36,871 bases of DNA from Gammaproteobacteria bacterium (GTDB lineage: Bacteria > Pseudomonadota > Gammaproteobacteria > JAABTG01). Every line of letters starts with the position of its first letter. The first letter of the stretch is position 1. Below are positions 18,840-27,137 of this stretch, in pieces. The notes below the pieces were generated by a model. That model did not search any database. It was not told the origin of the DNA and saw only the letters and a list, made by a program, of their open reading frames with translations. The stretch covers positions 1 to 36,871 of the forward strand of contig JASJBY010000001.1 of NCBI GenBank assembly GCA_030066245.1, written 5' to 3'. The position numbers and the translations under genes were made by a program.

Positions 18840-19493
18840 ATGCCGACACGAAACCCCTTGCTAGCCCGTCTTGGCGGGGCTTTAACCGGGCTGCTCATGG
18901 CGGTCCCGTGCGCGTGGGCCCTGGAGGTTAATCTTGCCGACCAGCTCCCCTTTCTAGACGTGGAGATCGAGGGCAAGCGTGTGCGCATCCAGCGCATTCA
19001 GGATACGAGCAACCGGCTCGACAACAGCTTCGCAAAGACGTCCAGGCCCTGCCCGCCGTTCTGCATTGCTCCCATGCACGCAGCGATCGGCGTGGAGACA
19101 GTTGGTGAGTTGGAGCTTCTGGATTTCCTGGTCAAGAAGGTGCGCACGAACCGGGGGCTTCTGGTGGATGCCCGGCTGCCGGAATGGTATCAGCGAGGCA
19201 CCATCCCCGGCGCCGTGAACGTCCCCTGGACCATCCTGGTCGCAGGGCCGGACAATCCATTCACGGCGAAGATGCTTCGAGCCCTGGATGCCGTGGAGGA
19301 GAACGGTGAATGGGATTTCCGGCGCGCGCTCGAGCTGCTGCTGTTTTGCAACGGCCCGTGGTGCGACCAGTCCCCTCGCGCCATCAAGAACCTCATATCC
19401 CTCGGCTACCCACCGGAGAAGCTCTACTATTACCGAGGCGGCATGCAGGTCTGGCAGCTGCTCGGGCTGACCACCGTCGTGCCCGAGCAATGA
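18840..19493 (+). CDS. Exported rhodanese-like domain protein
   Basis: GAGGAG RBS, signal peptide, KTSRPCPPFCI, LVDAR...GTIPGAVNVP, FCNGPWCDQS, YYRGGMQVW. Confidence 0.88.
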   Translation: MPTRNPLLARLGGALTGLLMAVPCAWALEVNLADQLPFLDVEIEGKRVRIQRIQDTSNRLDNSFAKTSRPCPPFCIAPMHAAIGVETVGELELLDFLVKKVRTNRGLLVDARLPEWYQRGTIPGAVNVPWTILVAGPDNPFTAKMLRALDAVEENGEWDFRRALELLLFCNGPWCDQSPRAIKNLISLGYPPEKLYYYRGGMQVWQLLGLTTVVPEQ

Positions 19494-19529
19494 AACCTGT
19501 TTCACGACTGCCATTTACAGGAACTTTCT

Positions 19530-20261
19530 ATGAAAAGACACACTATTGCGATCGCCCTGTGCGGTATGCTGCTGACACGGCTGGTGCTGGCTGGCACGGG
19601 AAACCCCGCACCGAACCCTCACCACTCCCTGCATCCGCGCACCGTCCCGGAGCGGCTTGTCCAGGTCGACATGGCCGCAGACAGCGAGCAACAGGAATAC
19701 CTGGAGTCGCTGAACCAAGAGGCAGCCCGATCAGATCCGACTTCCTCGCAGCCAGCTGCGAAGATGTCAGATAGCGCTCCGGCAACCCCAACCCCGGAAC
19801 CGGCGACCGGACCAGGTCGATTCAATGCCATAAGAAGCATCGTCTCGGAGGCCCTGGCCAAACCCGAACCCGAGAAGGTGGATGACCCACCAGCGAAGCC
19901 TCCGGCGCCGGCCGCCACCCAGCGTCGCGAGGAGCTAAAGAGCGTGGTGATCAGCGCGCCTCCGCCTAGGGACGCGCCGGGCGACAATTACATCTCTGTA
20001 CTCAAGGAGGAGGTGTCGACAACGGTAGTGGTCAAGCCCGGCGATGAAGCCTCGGCCATGGGGCTTAAGGCGTCCACCGCACGGACCCAGACCGCGACCT
20101 ATGCCTACACGGTGCGCTTCGGAGACTCACTCTGGACCATAGCGGAGCGCGTCTATGGCAACGGCTACCGCTGGGCGGCCATCTACGAAGCCAACCGGCA
20201 AGACATTCCCGACGCCAACGTTCTCCAGGTCGGTCAGCAGCTGAGGCTGCCCAGGGAGTAG
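19530..20261 (+). CDS. Exported LysM peptidoglycan-binding protein
   Basis: Signal peptide, Pro/Ala-rich linker, C-terminal YTVRFGDSLWTIAERVYG...IYEAN...LQVGQQLRLP. Confidence 0.88.
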   Translation: MKRHTIAIALCGMLLTRLVLAGTGNPAPNPHHSLHPRTVPERLVQVDMAADSEQQEYLESLNQEAARSDPTSSQPAAKMSDSAPATPTPEPATGPGRFNAIRSIVSEALAKPEPEKVDDPPAKPPAPAATQRREELKSVVISAPPPRDAPGDNYISVLKEEVSTTVVVKPGDEASAMGLKASTARTQTATYAYTVRFGDSLWTIAERVYGNGYRWAAIYEANRQDIPDANVLQVGQQLRLPRE

Positions 20262-20361
20262 TGCTGTTTGGTTATCCGGGGTGACCGGCTGCGGCCCAGC
20301 TGCAGCCGTCGCCCACACGAACACGAAATCGCCAGAAACGGAGGCTAGCCGCCGGTCGCAG

Positions 20362-20555
20362 TGTCGGAATTCCTTACACATTGGCGCCGACTGGATGGCG
20401 CAGCGCGGCGAATGTGTCGGAATTCTTTACAGTGAATGGGTCACAAAACCGTGAATAAGGCCTCCCGAGTGTAGGCCAGCTTTACACCGGGACCCAGCCG
20501 GGCTTCCTAAGCCGTTGAACAGAAACAACAAGGTGCGTTTGGCACGGAAACCGCA
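20362..20555 (+). promoter_or_regulatory. sigma54 promoter with three upstream activator boxes and an IHF-like site
   Basis: TGT-N11-ACA at 20362, 20415 and 20470; TAAGCCGTTGAAC (IHF-like) 20508-20520; TGGCACGGAAACCGCA (GG-N10-GC) 20540-20555. Confidence 0.75.
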
Positions 20556-20612
20556 TCGCCGACGGTGAAAGCACACCGTGGGAACCAATGAGGCACCTTG
20601 TGGGAGGCGCCC

Positions 20613-20801
20613 ATGTCGAATAACAGAACGAGATCGGCAGATCGGCATCGACGCCTGCCCGAATCGCCGGCGGGGCCAAGGACGCAACGCCGCGATCCCC
20701 AACGCAGACCATTCCAGCCCGACAGCCCTGGAGCTCAGCCGGAGGAGGAACTGGTGGTCGCATACACATGGCCCGAGGCGGGCGGCTGGCGCGTTTACTG
20801 A
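20613..20801 (+). CDS. Small hypothetical protein (62 aa)
   Basis: GGAGG RBS, first ORF after the sigma54 promoter; low-complexity N-half and aromatic tail LVVAYTWPEAGGWRVY. Confidence 0.5.
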   Translation: MSNNRTRSADRHRRLPESPAGPRTQRRDPQRRPFQPDSPGAQPEEELVVAYTWPEAGGWRVY

Positions 20802-20872
20802 TATTCCGCCAGCCGCTAGTTTCACTGGCCCAGTCTACCCGTAGCGGGTTCAGGTGACCGCCAGGGCAAGGC

Positions 20873-21103
20873 ATGCAGACAGATGAACCCAGCACCATGG
20901 AAAACAAGCGCTGTACGAACAACAGATCCCCCGGAACCGGTCATGTATTTGCTGTGCCCGATTCCAACGACTGGTATCTCACCACCGACGACAGCATCGT
21001 CCTGGGGCCTTACGAAAGTTGTCAGGAAGCAGTCAGGCTCCTGGGCCTGCTGCGCGAGCGAAGGAAGCCTGCTCCGCCGGGCAAGGGCTTGCGGACAGCA
21101 TGA
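20873..21103 (+). CDS. Small hypothetical protein, DUF6316-like
   Basis: WYLTTDDSIVLGPYESCQEA resembles the WYF-T-E...GPF-S---A pattern I recall for DUF6316; start uncertain. Confidence 0.5.
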   Translation: MQTDEPSTMENKRCTNNRSPGTGHVFAVPDSNDWYLTTDDSIVLGPYESCQEAVRLLGLLRERRKPAPPGKGLRTA

Positions 21104-21200
21104 TCGGCCAGCGTTCCGGCCTTCGCGCCGGGCTTGAAAACGGGCAGCGGCAGGCGTTTGTGCGCGGCACGGCGACCGCAGTGGGCATTGAGGTCTAGCT

Positions 21201-21524
21201 GTGGCCCATCTGCTGCGCAACGCACGGGATCGGCGAAGCCACCCTCGGATCAACGCTGCGTACGAGGCCAGGCTCCGCCTGACCCAGCAGGTGCCTGTGC
21301 GTGGCGAACTGGTCGATTTGAGTCGCTCTGGCGCGTTCATCCGTCTGTTTCCAGTAGGCGTCCCCGAGAGCCGGGTAATAGAACTGGTGCTGATCACGCC
21401 GCGAAGCAATCGGGTGGTCCGCATCTGGCGGCGCGCCGCCGTCGTCGTGCGTCGTTCACCGTCGGGGGTCGGTGTCGCCTTCCTCCGTCCTTCCTGGCGC
21501 CGCAGACAGCTCGCAAAGCCCTAG
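21201..21524 (+). CDS. Single-domain PilZ protein
   Basis: RRSHPR (RxxxR) and DLSRSG (DxSxxG) motifs; GAGG RBS before GTG. Confidence 0.85.
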   Translation: MAHLLRNARDRRSHPRINAAYEARLRLTQQVPVRGELVDLSRSGAFIRLFPVGVPESRVIELVLITPRSNRVVRIWRRAAVVVRRSPSGVGVAFLRPSWRRRQLAKP

Positions 21525-21784
21525 AGAGCGCTGCGCGATGGCCGGCGACCCATCGGCTCGACTCCACCCGTCCCGCCAGTTGCTCCGCTCCTCGACGTTT
21601 TCATACGCCTGCGTTGCCCGGTCGGACAGGTTCACGCTAGCGCGCATTTCTCACGGGGATTCGGACAACCGGCAAACGAGACAGTGGACAAGAAAGATGC
21701 CAAGGCTTTGAACATCGAAACATTTACGTGGAAACCGGGTCCGCCTGGTGAGAAAATGCGCGCTAGGGGTGAGGAGGGCGTAAG

Positions 21785-22429
21785 GTGCTAACGTGGCTGG
21801 CCCGCTGGATAGAGAAACACCGCCGCGTTCACCGTTGGTCGCTGCGGGTATGGCGCTTATTCCCGCCTCGTTTAGCGGGGTTTCTCAAGGGACAGTTCGC
21901 GCGCAGCTGGGTGGTGGGCGCCGTAGCGGTCATGGTGGACGCGGACGCGACGCCGCCCGAAGTGCTGCTGGTTCGGCACAGCTACCGTCGACGGGGCTCC
22001 TGGGGCCTCCCCGGGGGCTCCCTGGAGTCTATCCCCGGTAATGCCACCGCCGCGGGAAGTGGACCGTCGCCAGATGACGTTGTAGAGGCCACACTGCGAC
22101 GGGAGGTGTGGGAAGAGCTCGGGCTCAGCATCGCCGCAATCGAGTTCCTGCGTATCGACGCGGTGCCCTACGTGGCGGAGGAACCGGGACCTGATCGGCT
22201 GGATTTCTACTTTCTGTGCAGGCCCGAAGGTGGATTCGCAAAACTACGGGAGGATATCGCCAGCCGCAGCTTCAGACCCAGGTCACCGGAAATAGACGAC
22301 GCACGTCTGGTGCCCCTTTCGGCACTTGATGACCTGGATCTGTTCTCGCCAGATGCCCGTTTCTTGCAGAGCGATCTGCCAAGATTGAGACCGATGCTGT
22401 TTGAACGGCGCTTGAACAGTCACGCTTAG
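21785..22429 (+). CDS. Nudix hydrolase
   Basis: VLLVRHSY...WGLPGG then, after an insertion, ATLRREVWEELG. Confidence 0.82.
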   Translation: MLTWLARWIEKHRRVHRWSLRVWRLFPPRLAGFLKGQFARSWVVGAVAVMVDADATPPEVLLVRHSYRRRGSWGLPGGSLESIPGNATAAGSGPSPDDVVEATLRREVWEELGLSIAAIEFLRIDAVPYVAEEPGPDRLDFYFLCRPEGGFAKLREDIASRSFRPRSPEIDDARLVPLSALDDLDLFSPDARFLQSDLPRLRPMLFERRLNSHA

Positions 22430-22524
22430 GCCCGGGAACAAGGTACGAGCTGCCGCTTGACTTCGAATTCAGAACACGTATGCTCCGCCACTAAGTTCAG
22501 GAGAACTTACAAGGAGCGTGCAGG

Positions 22525-22707
22525 ATGGATTCTACGGTAATGCTCGCTTTGCTCGGGATGTGGTTTGTCTTGGTCTCCCTGATTCTCGGGTTTTTTGCGG
22601 GAGCGCGTCGCATTGGTGGTGCGTCGACCACACGTGTACTGGCACCCAGGCTCAGGCGCAAAGCCCGGGTAGCGGCTCTGCGACCGCCCATTCGGGAGAC
22701 GGTCTAG
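22525..22707 (+). CDS. Small single-TM hypothetical protein
   Basis: AAGGAG upstream; hydrophobic N-terminal helix followed by a basic tail. Confidence 0.45.
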   Translation: MDSTVMLALLGMWFVLVSLILGFFAGARRIGGASTTRVLAPRLRRKARVAALRPPIRETV

Positions 22708-22733
22708 CATCACCCTGGTCCCGGAGACAGGGA

Positions 22734-23207
22734 TTATCTACCCTTGAATCGCACGAACAGCTGCGCCAGCAGGTGCGTAATGTCGCGCGATAGCTTTGGG
22801 TAGTCGCCTTTGTTGAGCAGATCCTGGGCAAGCGCCGGGTTGCCTTTATCCACCTCGGCAACTATCTGCCCGGCCGATGCGTGAAAACGCGCGTGCACGG
22901 CTTTCAGCTCCTTGAACAGCTGCTCACCGCCGTAGCTCGCCAGCCCCTCGCCGTAGATCCACTTGCCCAGCACGCACTGGTCATCCTGGGCCACGACCCC
23001 CGCGTCTAGAGCCTCGCTGCTGGTTCCGGCACAGTAGCGGTTCAGCCTGCCTTTCCATTTCATATGCGCATCTATGGCGCCCTTGAAATCCAGGCCGGCT
23101 ACCTCTTTTTGGTCCAGACTGCTGACTGCCCGGTCTATAAGGCTGGCCGCCTCGCCGTCCAGCGCCGTATCGCTTAGAGCGCCTTTGGCGAAGTCTGACT
23201 TGCTCAT
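22734..23207 (-). CDS. Stand-alone chemoreceptor zinc-binding (CZB) domain protein
   Basis: AIDAHMKWK, CVLGKWIY, VHARFH give the 3His-1Cys CZB ligand set. Confidence 0.88.
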   Translation of the reverse strand: MSKSDFAKGALSDTALDGEAASLIDRAVSSLDQKEVAGLDFKGAIDAHMKWKGRLNRYCAGTSSEALDAGVVAQDDQCVLGKWIYGEGLASYGGEQLFKELKAVHARFHASAGQIVAEVDKGNPALAQDLLNKGDYPKLSRDITHLLAQLFVRFKGR

Positions 23208-23661
23208 GGTGTGTCCCTGTCCTTGTGGCTCAGAAATATACGCGCCAAACCATCGCCGGCAGGAGTCACCGCCTAGATGGTTTTCAAAGGCGCTATATGG
23301 CGGGAATGTCCCTCAGTGCAAACGTCCCTTTGGTTATCTAAAAAATAGCATCCCAGCAAACCTCCGCAACCCATCGCCTGTGGCTGGATGTCACGGCGGG
23401 AGCCGGTCCTTGCGGCTCCGCACACGGGTACGGCCCCGGTGAGTGGCGACTTTGCGCCCCATTCGTTAAAGGCGGGACCGTTTGCGCCGATTAGACTAAG
23501 TTGACGGGACTGCAACCCGCGGCCACTAAAAGCCCCCTGCGCCTGGCACCCGCGAGGCGGAGAGCGGCACAAGCGTCGCTGCCGGTCACCGGGCCACAGT
23601 CCGCGCCTGAGACGTTTTCTACGGCCTACCAGGGCGTCGATCCTGGGTTGATAAGGAGACC

Positions 23662-24576
23662 ATGGCAATGGCTGAGTCCTCAGCAGGGAAAGTCAAACGA
23701 TCATCCAGCGTCCGCGGTCGCTTCAACAGGGCACTGCTGCTGTTCTATATCATCAGCGTCCTGGTGAGTATCCCCGCGACTTACTTTCTGACCAAGCAAC
23801 AGGTGCTGTCCCAGGCCGACAGGGAGCTGACCCTGCTGGTGGATATGATTCGCGCCGCACGCAACGTCGTGCGGGAAGAAACAAGGCCGTACTTCATGCC
23901 GAAGGGAGAGTTTTTTGGGCCGACCATTTCTTCAACTGTGATGGCGAACACCATTGCCGGCAAGTTCCTGCGTGAACAGCCGGATTACTACATCAAAATC
24001 GCTTCCGATAACCCGCTGAATCTGAAGAATCTGCCGGAGCCCCTGGAAACTCAGCTCCTCAGCCGGTTCCGAGCAGACGGCGAATTGAAGCGCATCGTCG
24101 AGACCGGCACCGTCAAGGGCAAGCTTTACCTGGTCTCCGCCGCCCCTGCCAAAGTGAAGAAAGGCTGTATGCGATGCCACGGGGATCCTGCCGAAGCCCC
24201 CAGCGAGATCACGGAGCCCTACGGCACCACCAGCGGCTACCACTACACCATGGGTGATGTGGTGGGTGCGACGGTGGTCGGGGTCCCGCTGGCGGACGTC
24301 AATTCGCTGGTGGTACAGCGAAGCATCGCCGTCATTATCACCCTGTCCCTGTTGTTCGCGCTGGTGCTGGTCTTGGTCAACCTGCTGGTCAGGCGCTCCA
24401 TCATCAATCCGCTCTCGGCAATCACCGCCCACGCCTACGCGGTGAGTCACGGTGATTTCGACGCGGTGTTCGATAAAGAGAATCTGCGTGACGACGAGAT
24501 CGGCGAGCTCGCCATCTCCTTCGAACTGATGCGCAGAAGCATGCTGCTTGCTGCCAAGCGTCTGAAGGGCGGCTAG
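23662..24576 (+). CDS. c-type heme sensor (Tll0287-like/DUF3365) with HAMP domain
   Basis: TM-periplasmic domain (ASDNPLNLKN, CMRCHG)-TM-HAMP (DDEIGELAISFELMRRS); ends right after the HAMP. Confidence 0.87.
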   Translation: MAMAESSAGKVKRSSSVRGRFNRALLLFYIISVLVSIPATYFLTKQQVLSQADRELTLLVDMIRAARNVVREETRPYFMPKGEFFGPTISSTVMANTIAGKFLREQPDYYIKIASDNPLNLKNLPEPLETQLLSRFRADGELKRIVETGTVKGKLYLVSAAPAKVKKGCMRCHGDPAEAPSEITEPYGTTSGYHYTMGDVVGATVVGVPLADVNSLVVQRSIAVIITLSLLFALVLVLVNLLVRRSIINPLSAITAHAYAVSHGDFDAVFDKENLRDDEIGELAISFELMRRSMLLAAKRLKGG

Positions 24577-24587
24577 CCCCGAACAGC

Positions 24588-24626
24588 AAAAAAGCCGACG
24601 CTGGGTCCCCCGCGTCGGCCTTTTTT
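24588..24626. terminator. Bidirectional intrinsic terminator
   Basis: A6-GCCGACGC...GCGTCGGC-C-T6 between convergent genes. Confidence 0.85.
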
Positions 24627-24672
24627 GTTCTCAAACGGTTTTACCGCGCCGCGGTCTCAGCGCGACCTCCGG

Positions 24673-26070
24673 TCAGAGGGGGCGGACCCAATCGATCGCC
24701 GCCAGCACCTCCTCGGCGCTCTGGAAGCGTTCGTCCGGATCTTTCGCCAGCAAGCCCTCGATGAATGGCTGAAAGGCGGCCAGGTCTTGCTCCAGTTTGG
24801 GGATGGGCGCATGCAGATGCGCATCAATGAGCATTGCCACGTTATCGCCTTGGAAGGGCTTCTGGCCCGTCAGCATTTCGTATAGCACCACGCCGAGGCT
24901 GTAGAGATCGCTGCGCTGGTCAATCTGACCGTCTCTGACCTGCTCCGGGCTCAGGTAGTAAGGAGTTCCCAGAATCACGTCATCCCGGGTAAAACTGCGC
25001 TCTTCGTCCAGGGTCTTAGCAATGCCGAAATCGGTGATCGCCAGGGTGTCGTCTCCCCGAAACAGGATGTTGCCCGGCTTCAGGTCACGATGCACCACGT
25101 CTTGCAGGTGCGCGGCCATCAATCCTTCACAGATCTGGCGCAGATAGTACAGACTGCTCTCGGCCGACACGCCCCGGGCGATGCGCTGTTTCAGATCTCC
25201 GCCCGGAAAATGCTCCATGGCGATGTAGGCGTACTCTTTCGCGAATGCACGCTCGTGGATACGCACAACGTTCTTGTGCTGTATCTCCTCGATCAGTTCG
25301 TATTCCTGCATGAACCGCCTGAGCAGGTTCGGGTCGCGCTTGCAGGCGGCGGTGAAAACGACCTTCAACACCACGGTAAGCTGGTCTTCCATGCGCTCTG
25401 CGAGGAACACCGTGGCCGAGCCGCCCTCGCCGACTCGCGATATGATCCGGTATCCGGGCACGCGCAGACGACTGCCTTCGGTACCGGACTGGGTGCCCGG
25501 GTCTTCGCGCAGCGCCACCCCGCTGGCTTTCAGCGCCCGACGCAGGTGCGCGCGCGTCATACCGGTTTGCTCTCGGCTGTCCGTGCCGGAATGGTCGACC
25601 GTTGGCGGCGGTGGGGAATGGCGCTGCATGGCCTGCAGCATCTCCTGGATGGCTCCGTTCAAGGTCTTGGAGGACAGACTGTCCTTGCGCATGTAGCCGG
25701 CGGCGCCCAGCTTCATGGCGCGCACGGCTAGCGCCTCGTCACCTTCGTCAGTCAAGACCAGCGCGGGGGGTAGGTCCGGCTGCTCCCTGAGTTCCTCCAG
25801 CCACTGCAGACCGTCTTCGCCCTCCAGGCCAAGCCGATAGTCGATGATGAGCAGGTCGTACTCGCTCCAGTGGAAATGGGCACCCGGCTTTCCTTTGCTC
25901 GCCGGACGGTGCCAGTGCACTTCCACCTTTGGCCATTCCTGGCGAAGGAAATAGCCCGCGAGTCGCCCGAACTCCTCAGAATCGTCAATGACCAGAACGC
26001 GCCTTAGCATGCCATGGCTGGAAGCGTGGCCAGGCGACCTGTGTGTCCCCCCTGAGACCTGGGTAGTCAT
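24673..26070 (-). CDS. Receiver domain-Ser/Thr protein kinase fusion
   Basis: REC (VLVIDD, LLIIDY, LT, YMRK) then Hanks kinase (GEGGSATV, VVLK, HRDLKPGN, DFG, GTPYYLSPE); no TM segment. Confidence 0.92.
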   Translation of the reverse strand: MTTQVSGGTHRSPGHASSHGMLRRVLVIDDSEEFGRLAGYFLRQEWPKVEVHWHRPASKGKPGAHFHWSEYDLLIIDYRLGLEGEDGLQWLEELREQPDLPPALVLTDEGDEALAVRAMKLGAAGYMRKDSLSSKTLNGAIQEMLQAMQRHSPPPPTVDHSGTDSREQTGMTRAHLRRALKASGVALREDPGTQSGTEGSRLRVPGYRIISRVGEGGSATVFLAERMEDQLTVVLKVVFTAACKRDPNLLRRFMQEYELIEEIQHKNVVRIHERAFAKEYAYIAMEHFPGGDLKQRIARGVSAESSLYYLRQICEGLMAAHLQDVVHRDLKPGNILFRGDDTLAITDFGIAKTLDEERSFTRDDVILGTPYYLSPEQVRDGQIDQRSDLYSLGVVLYEMLTGQKPFQGDNVAMLIDAHLHAPIPKLEQDLAAFQPFIEGLLAKDPDERFQSAEEVLAAIDWVRPL

Positions 26071-26106
26071 ATTGCGACCTTGCGTCTACCTGCCCGGTTT
26101 GTCGTC

Positions 26107-26625
26107 TTAGAGTGAGGGAATGTCCGCTTTCGCCTCCATAGGAAGAGCTTCGGCGAAACTCGACGCTGTCCCGCGCCGCGACAAGCCGCCCGAGAAGACA
26201 TGCGCCAGATTCACTATCGGCAACGCCCTGGACTGGTGTCCGACGCAAGAGAGCGCTATCTCCCGCCATTCGGCCATGTCCGGGGGCAGCTCGCATGCCT
26301 GCTCGTCGGAAACGACGATCCGGCGCGGAATGGCGCTGAGCCGCAGCGCCCCGTACCGGTTCTCACCGGCCCGAGTGTCGAAGAAAGCGGCGACCGCCAC
26401 CACTGTCGGCTCGTCGCGGCTCGGCCGGCCCTCCAGCCAAGCCGAGAGTGCCATCACCGGCACAGGCTCCTGTTCCCAGATGACCACATGCCTGCAGAAA
26501 AAGGGGCTGGCCGGCACCTCGTGCAGCGACAACGGTGCGGGGAGCAGATGCAACAGCTGCCGCTCGCCGATGACGCCCGTCTGTCCCGAGCCGAATTCGA
26601 GCAGCCACGCGCCCTGCCCGCTCAC
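26107..26625 (-). CDS. Divergent CheW-like protein
   Basis: HEVPASPFFCRHVVIWEQEPVPVMAL matches the CheW VP---P-----G----RG---PV pattern; operon context. Confidence 0.7.
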   Translation of the reverse strand: MSGQGAWLLEFGSGQTGVIGERQLLHLLPAPLSLHEVPASPFFCRHVVIWEQEPVPVMALSAWLEGRPSRDEPTVVAVAAFFDTRAGENRYGALRLSAIPRRIVVSDEQACELPPDMAEWREIALSCVGHQSRALPIVNLAHVFSGGLSRRGTASSFAEALPMEAKADIPSL

Positions 26626-27137
26626 GGGTGAACCTCACTGCCGGGCCGGGATTCCGGCGGCGACGGCGGGCTGAGACCCACCTGCGAAGACAGCGAGCCG
26701 AGTAGAGCAGCACTCGAGGTCAAGCAACCGAGAAAGCCCTCCTGCTGCACCAAGCCCCGCACCGGTGAGCCGGGCGTGCTGAGCACAGGCGGCAGTGACA
26801 GGCTCCGACAGGATTCCGCCTCCAGCGTCGTCACCGCCTCACACAGAACACCGGCGTAGCCGGCCTCGTGATGGAGCAGCACACAGACACGGCGCTCCGC
26901 CGGCACCAGAGTCGTCATGCCAAGGTTCTGGTCAAGGCAAACCACGGGCCAGCGCCGGCCGTCGGCCTGTATCCAGCCGGCGACGCCGTCTGCTTCTCCG
27001 CCTGGCTGCACGTCCGAGGAAGGCTCCAGCGTGTAAACGTCGGTATCCGGCAACACCAGGGGCATGCCCGCAAAGGTCAGCACGACATAGCGGCCTTGGA
27101 TCGATTTGACCGGCCGGATCGCGGACGAGGCGCTCAT
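26622..27137 (-). CDS. Divergent CheW/ChpC-like protein
   Basis: VAGWIQADGRRWPVVCLD...YAGVLCEAV; start overlaps the cheA stop. Confidence 0.65.
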   Translation of the reverse strand: MSASSAIRPVKSIQGRYVVLTFAGMPLVLPDTDVYTLEPSSDVQPGGEADGVAGWIQADGRRWPVVCLDQNLGMTTLVPAERRVCVLLHHEAGYAGVLCEAVTTLEAESCRSLSLPPVLSTPGSPVRGLVQQEGFLGCLTSSAALLGSLSSQVGLSPPSPPESRPGSEVHP

